From Blastocystis sp. Blastoise (Eukaryota > Protista > Bigyra: Opalinata): DNA of 64,000 bases. The translations under genes were made by a program, and so were the position numbers. Of this stretch, positions 63,416 to 64,000 are shown in pieces. The notes under the pieces were generated by a model. It was not told the DNA's origin. It made no database searches and was given only the letters and a program-made list of their open reading frames with translations. The stretch lies in NCBI GenBank assembly GCA_039096225.1, contig JBBPEB010000021.1, forward strand, positions 310,001 through 374,000, given 5' to 3'. The number at the start of each line of letters is the position of its first letter. Position 1 is the stretch's first letter.

Positions 63416-64000
63416 ATGTCCATAGTGTATGCTTTTATTCAATTTAATGTTTAGTCTTATAAATATAGAGAAATAATCAACTATTTTCATTACATAAAAT
63501 TATTACACTATCATATCAAAACAAATTCTCAAATTTACTTATATTCTTTTTAATTTTTTATTATATAAAGTGTTATTCTTTAACCAAAGATTTCCATCAT
63601 TATATGTTTTAATTTTTATAATAAACTCATAAATCCACTATCTATAAATATATATATAGTATTTCCAAATATATATTCAACTTGACTTGTTTTTCCTCAA
63701 TTTTATTGCATTTTTTATCAAATTATCATCATTCTCTTTTTATACATCCATATATATACTTTTATTTATATTAAATAATTAGTATAATAATTTGTTGTTC
63801 TACATTTGCTGATAACTCATCTTCCTAAACAATTTATGCCAAATAAAAGTTCTATAAAAATAGGATAGGCTACAAAATACACTGTTATTCAATAAATCAA
63901 TAATTTAATTAGAAAGCATATTAATACTAACAATCAACACAAATATCATATTTCTTAAAAATCAAGTATCATTATATTGATCAAATACTAATACTATTGA

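Overview
This is very AT-rich (roughly 20% GC by eye) eukaryotic nuclear DNA. It uses the standard genetic code and has many GT-AG introns filled with TA/TAT microsatellites. The gene repertoire looks like a stramenopile gut protist of the Blastocystis type (inference only). Positions 1-41.3 kb are gene-dense, with about 14 mostly spliced genes: a partial unknown gene, RSL1D1/Cic1, an EST1-TPR + NYN nuclease (SMG6-like), a DnaJ + multi-TM protein, an SMAP-type ArfGAP, a ~1,750 aa secreted Cys-repeat/FN3/Ig-like protein, a WW protein, RIC1, RPN3, a Zip3/RNF212-like RING protein, a membrane-anchored zinc-finger + catalytically dead ALKBH9/ALKBH5-like protein, a small conserved protein, a UBL + beta-barrel protein behind heat-shock elements, and an amino-acid permease. 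Positions 41.3-64 kb contain no intact gene. They hold a 13.25 kb Mutator-like region bounded by perfect 51-bp inverted repeats (decayed transposase plus decayed host-like gene fragments), strand-asymmetric low-complexity tracts, a tRNA-like cloverleaf and a 73-bp tandem repeat. The most notable signals are the TM-ZnF-pseudo-ALKBH9 protein, the strong enrichment of CCGCGG and CACGTG palindromes inside particular genes, the self-complementary TA-repeat intron ends, and the giant MULE. Most short ORFs in the supplied track are microsatellite artefacts. Exon boundaries were read by hand and are approximate.
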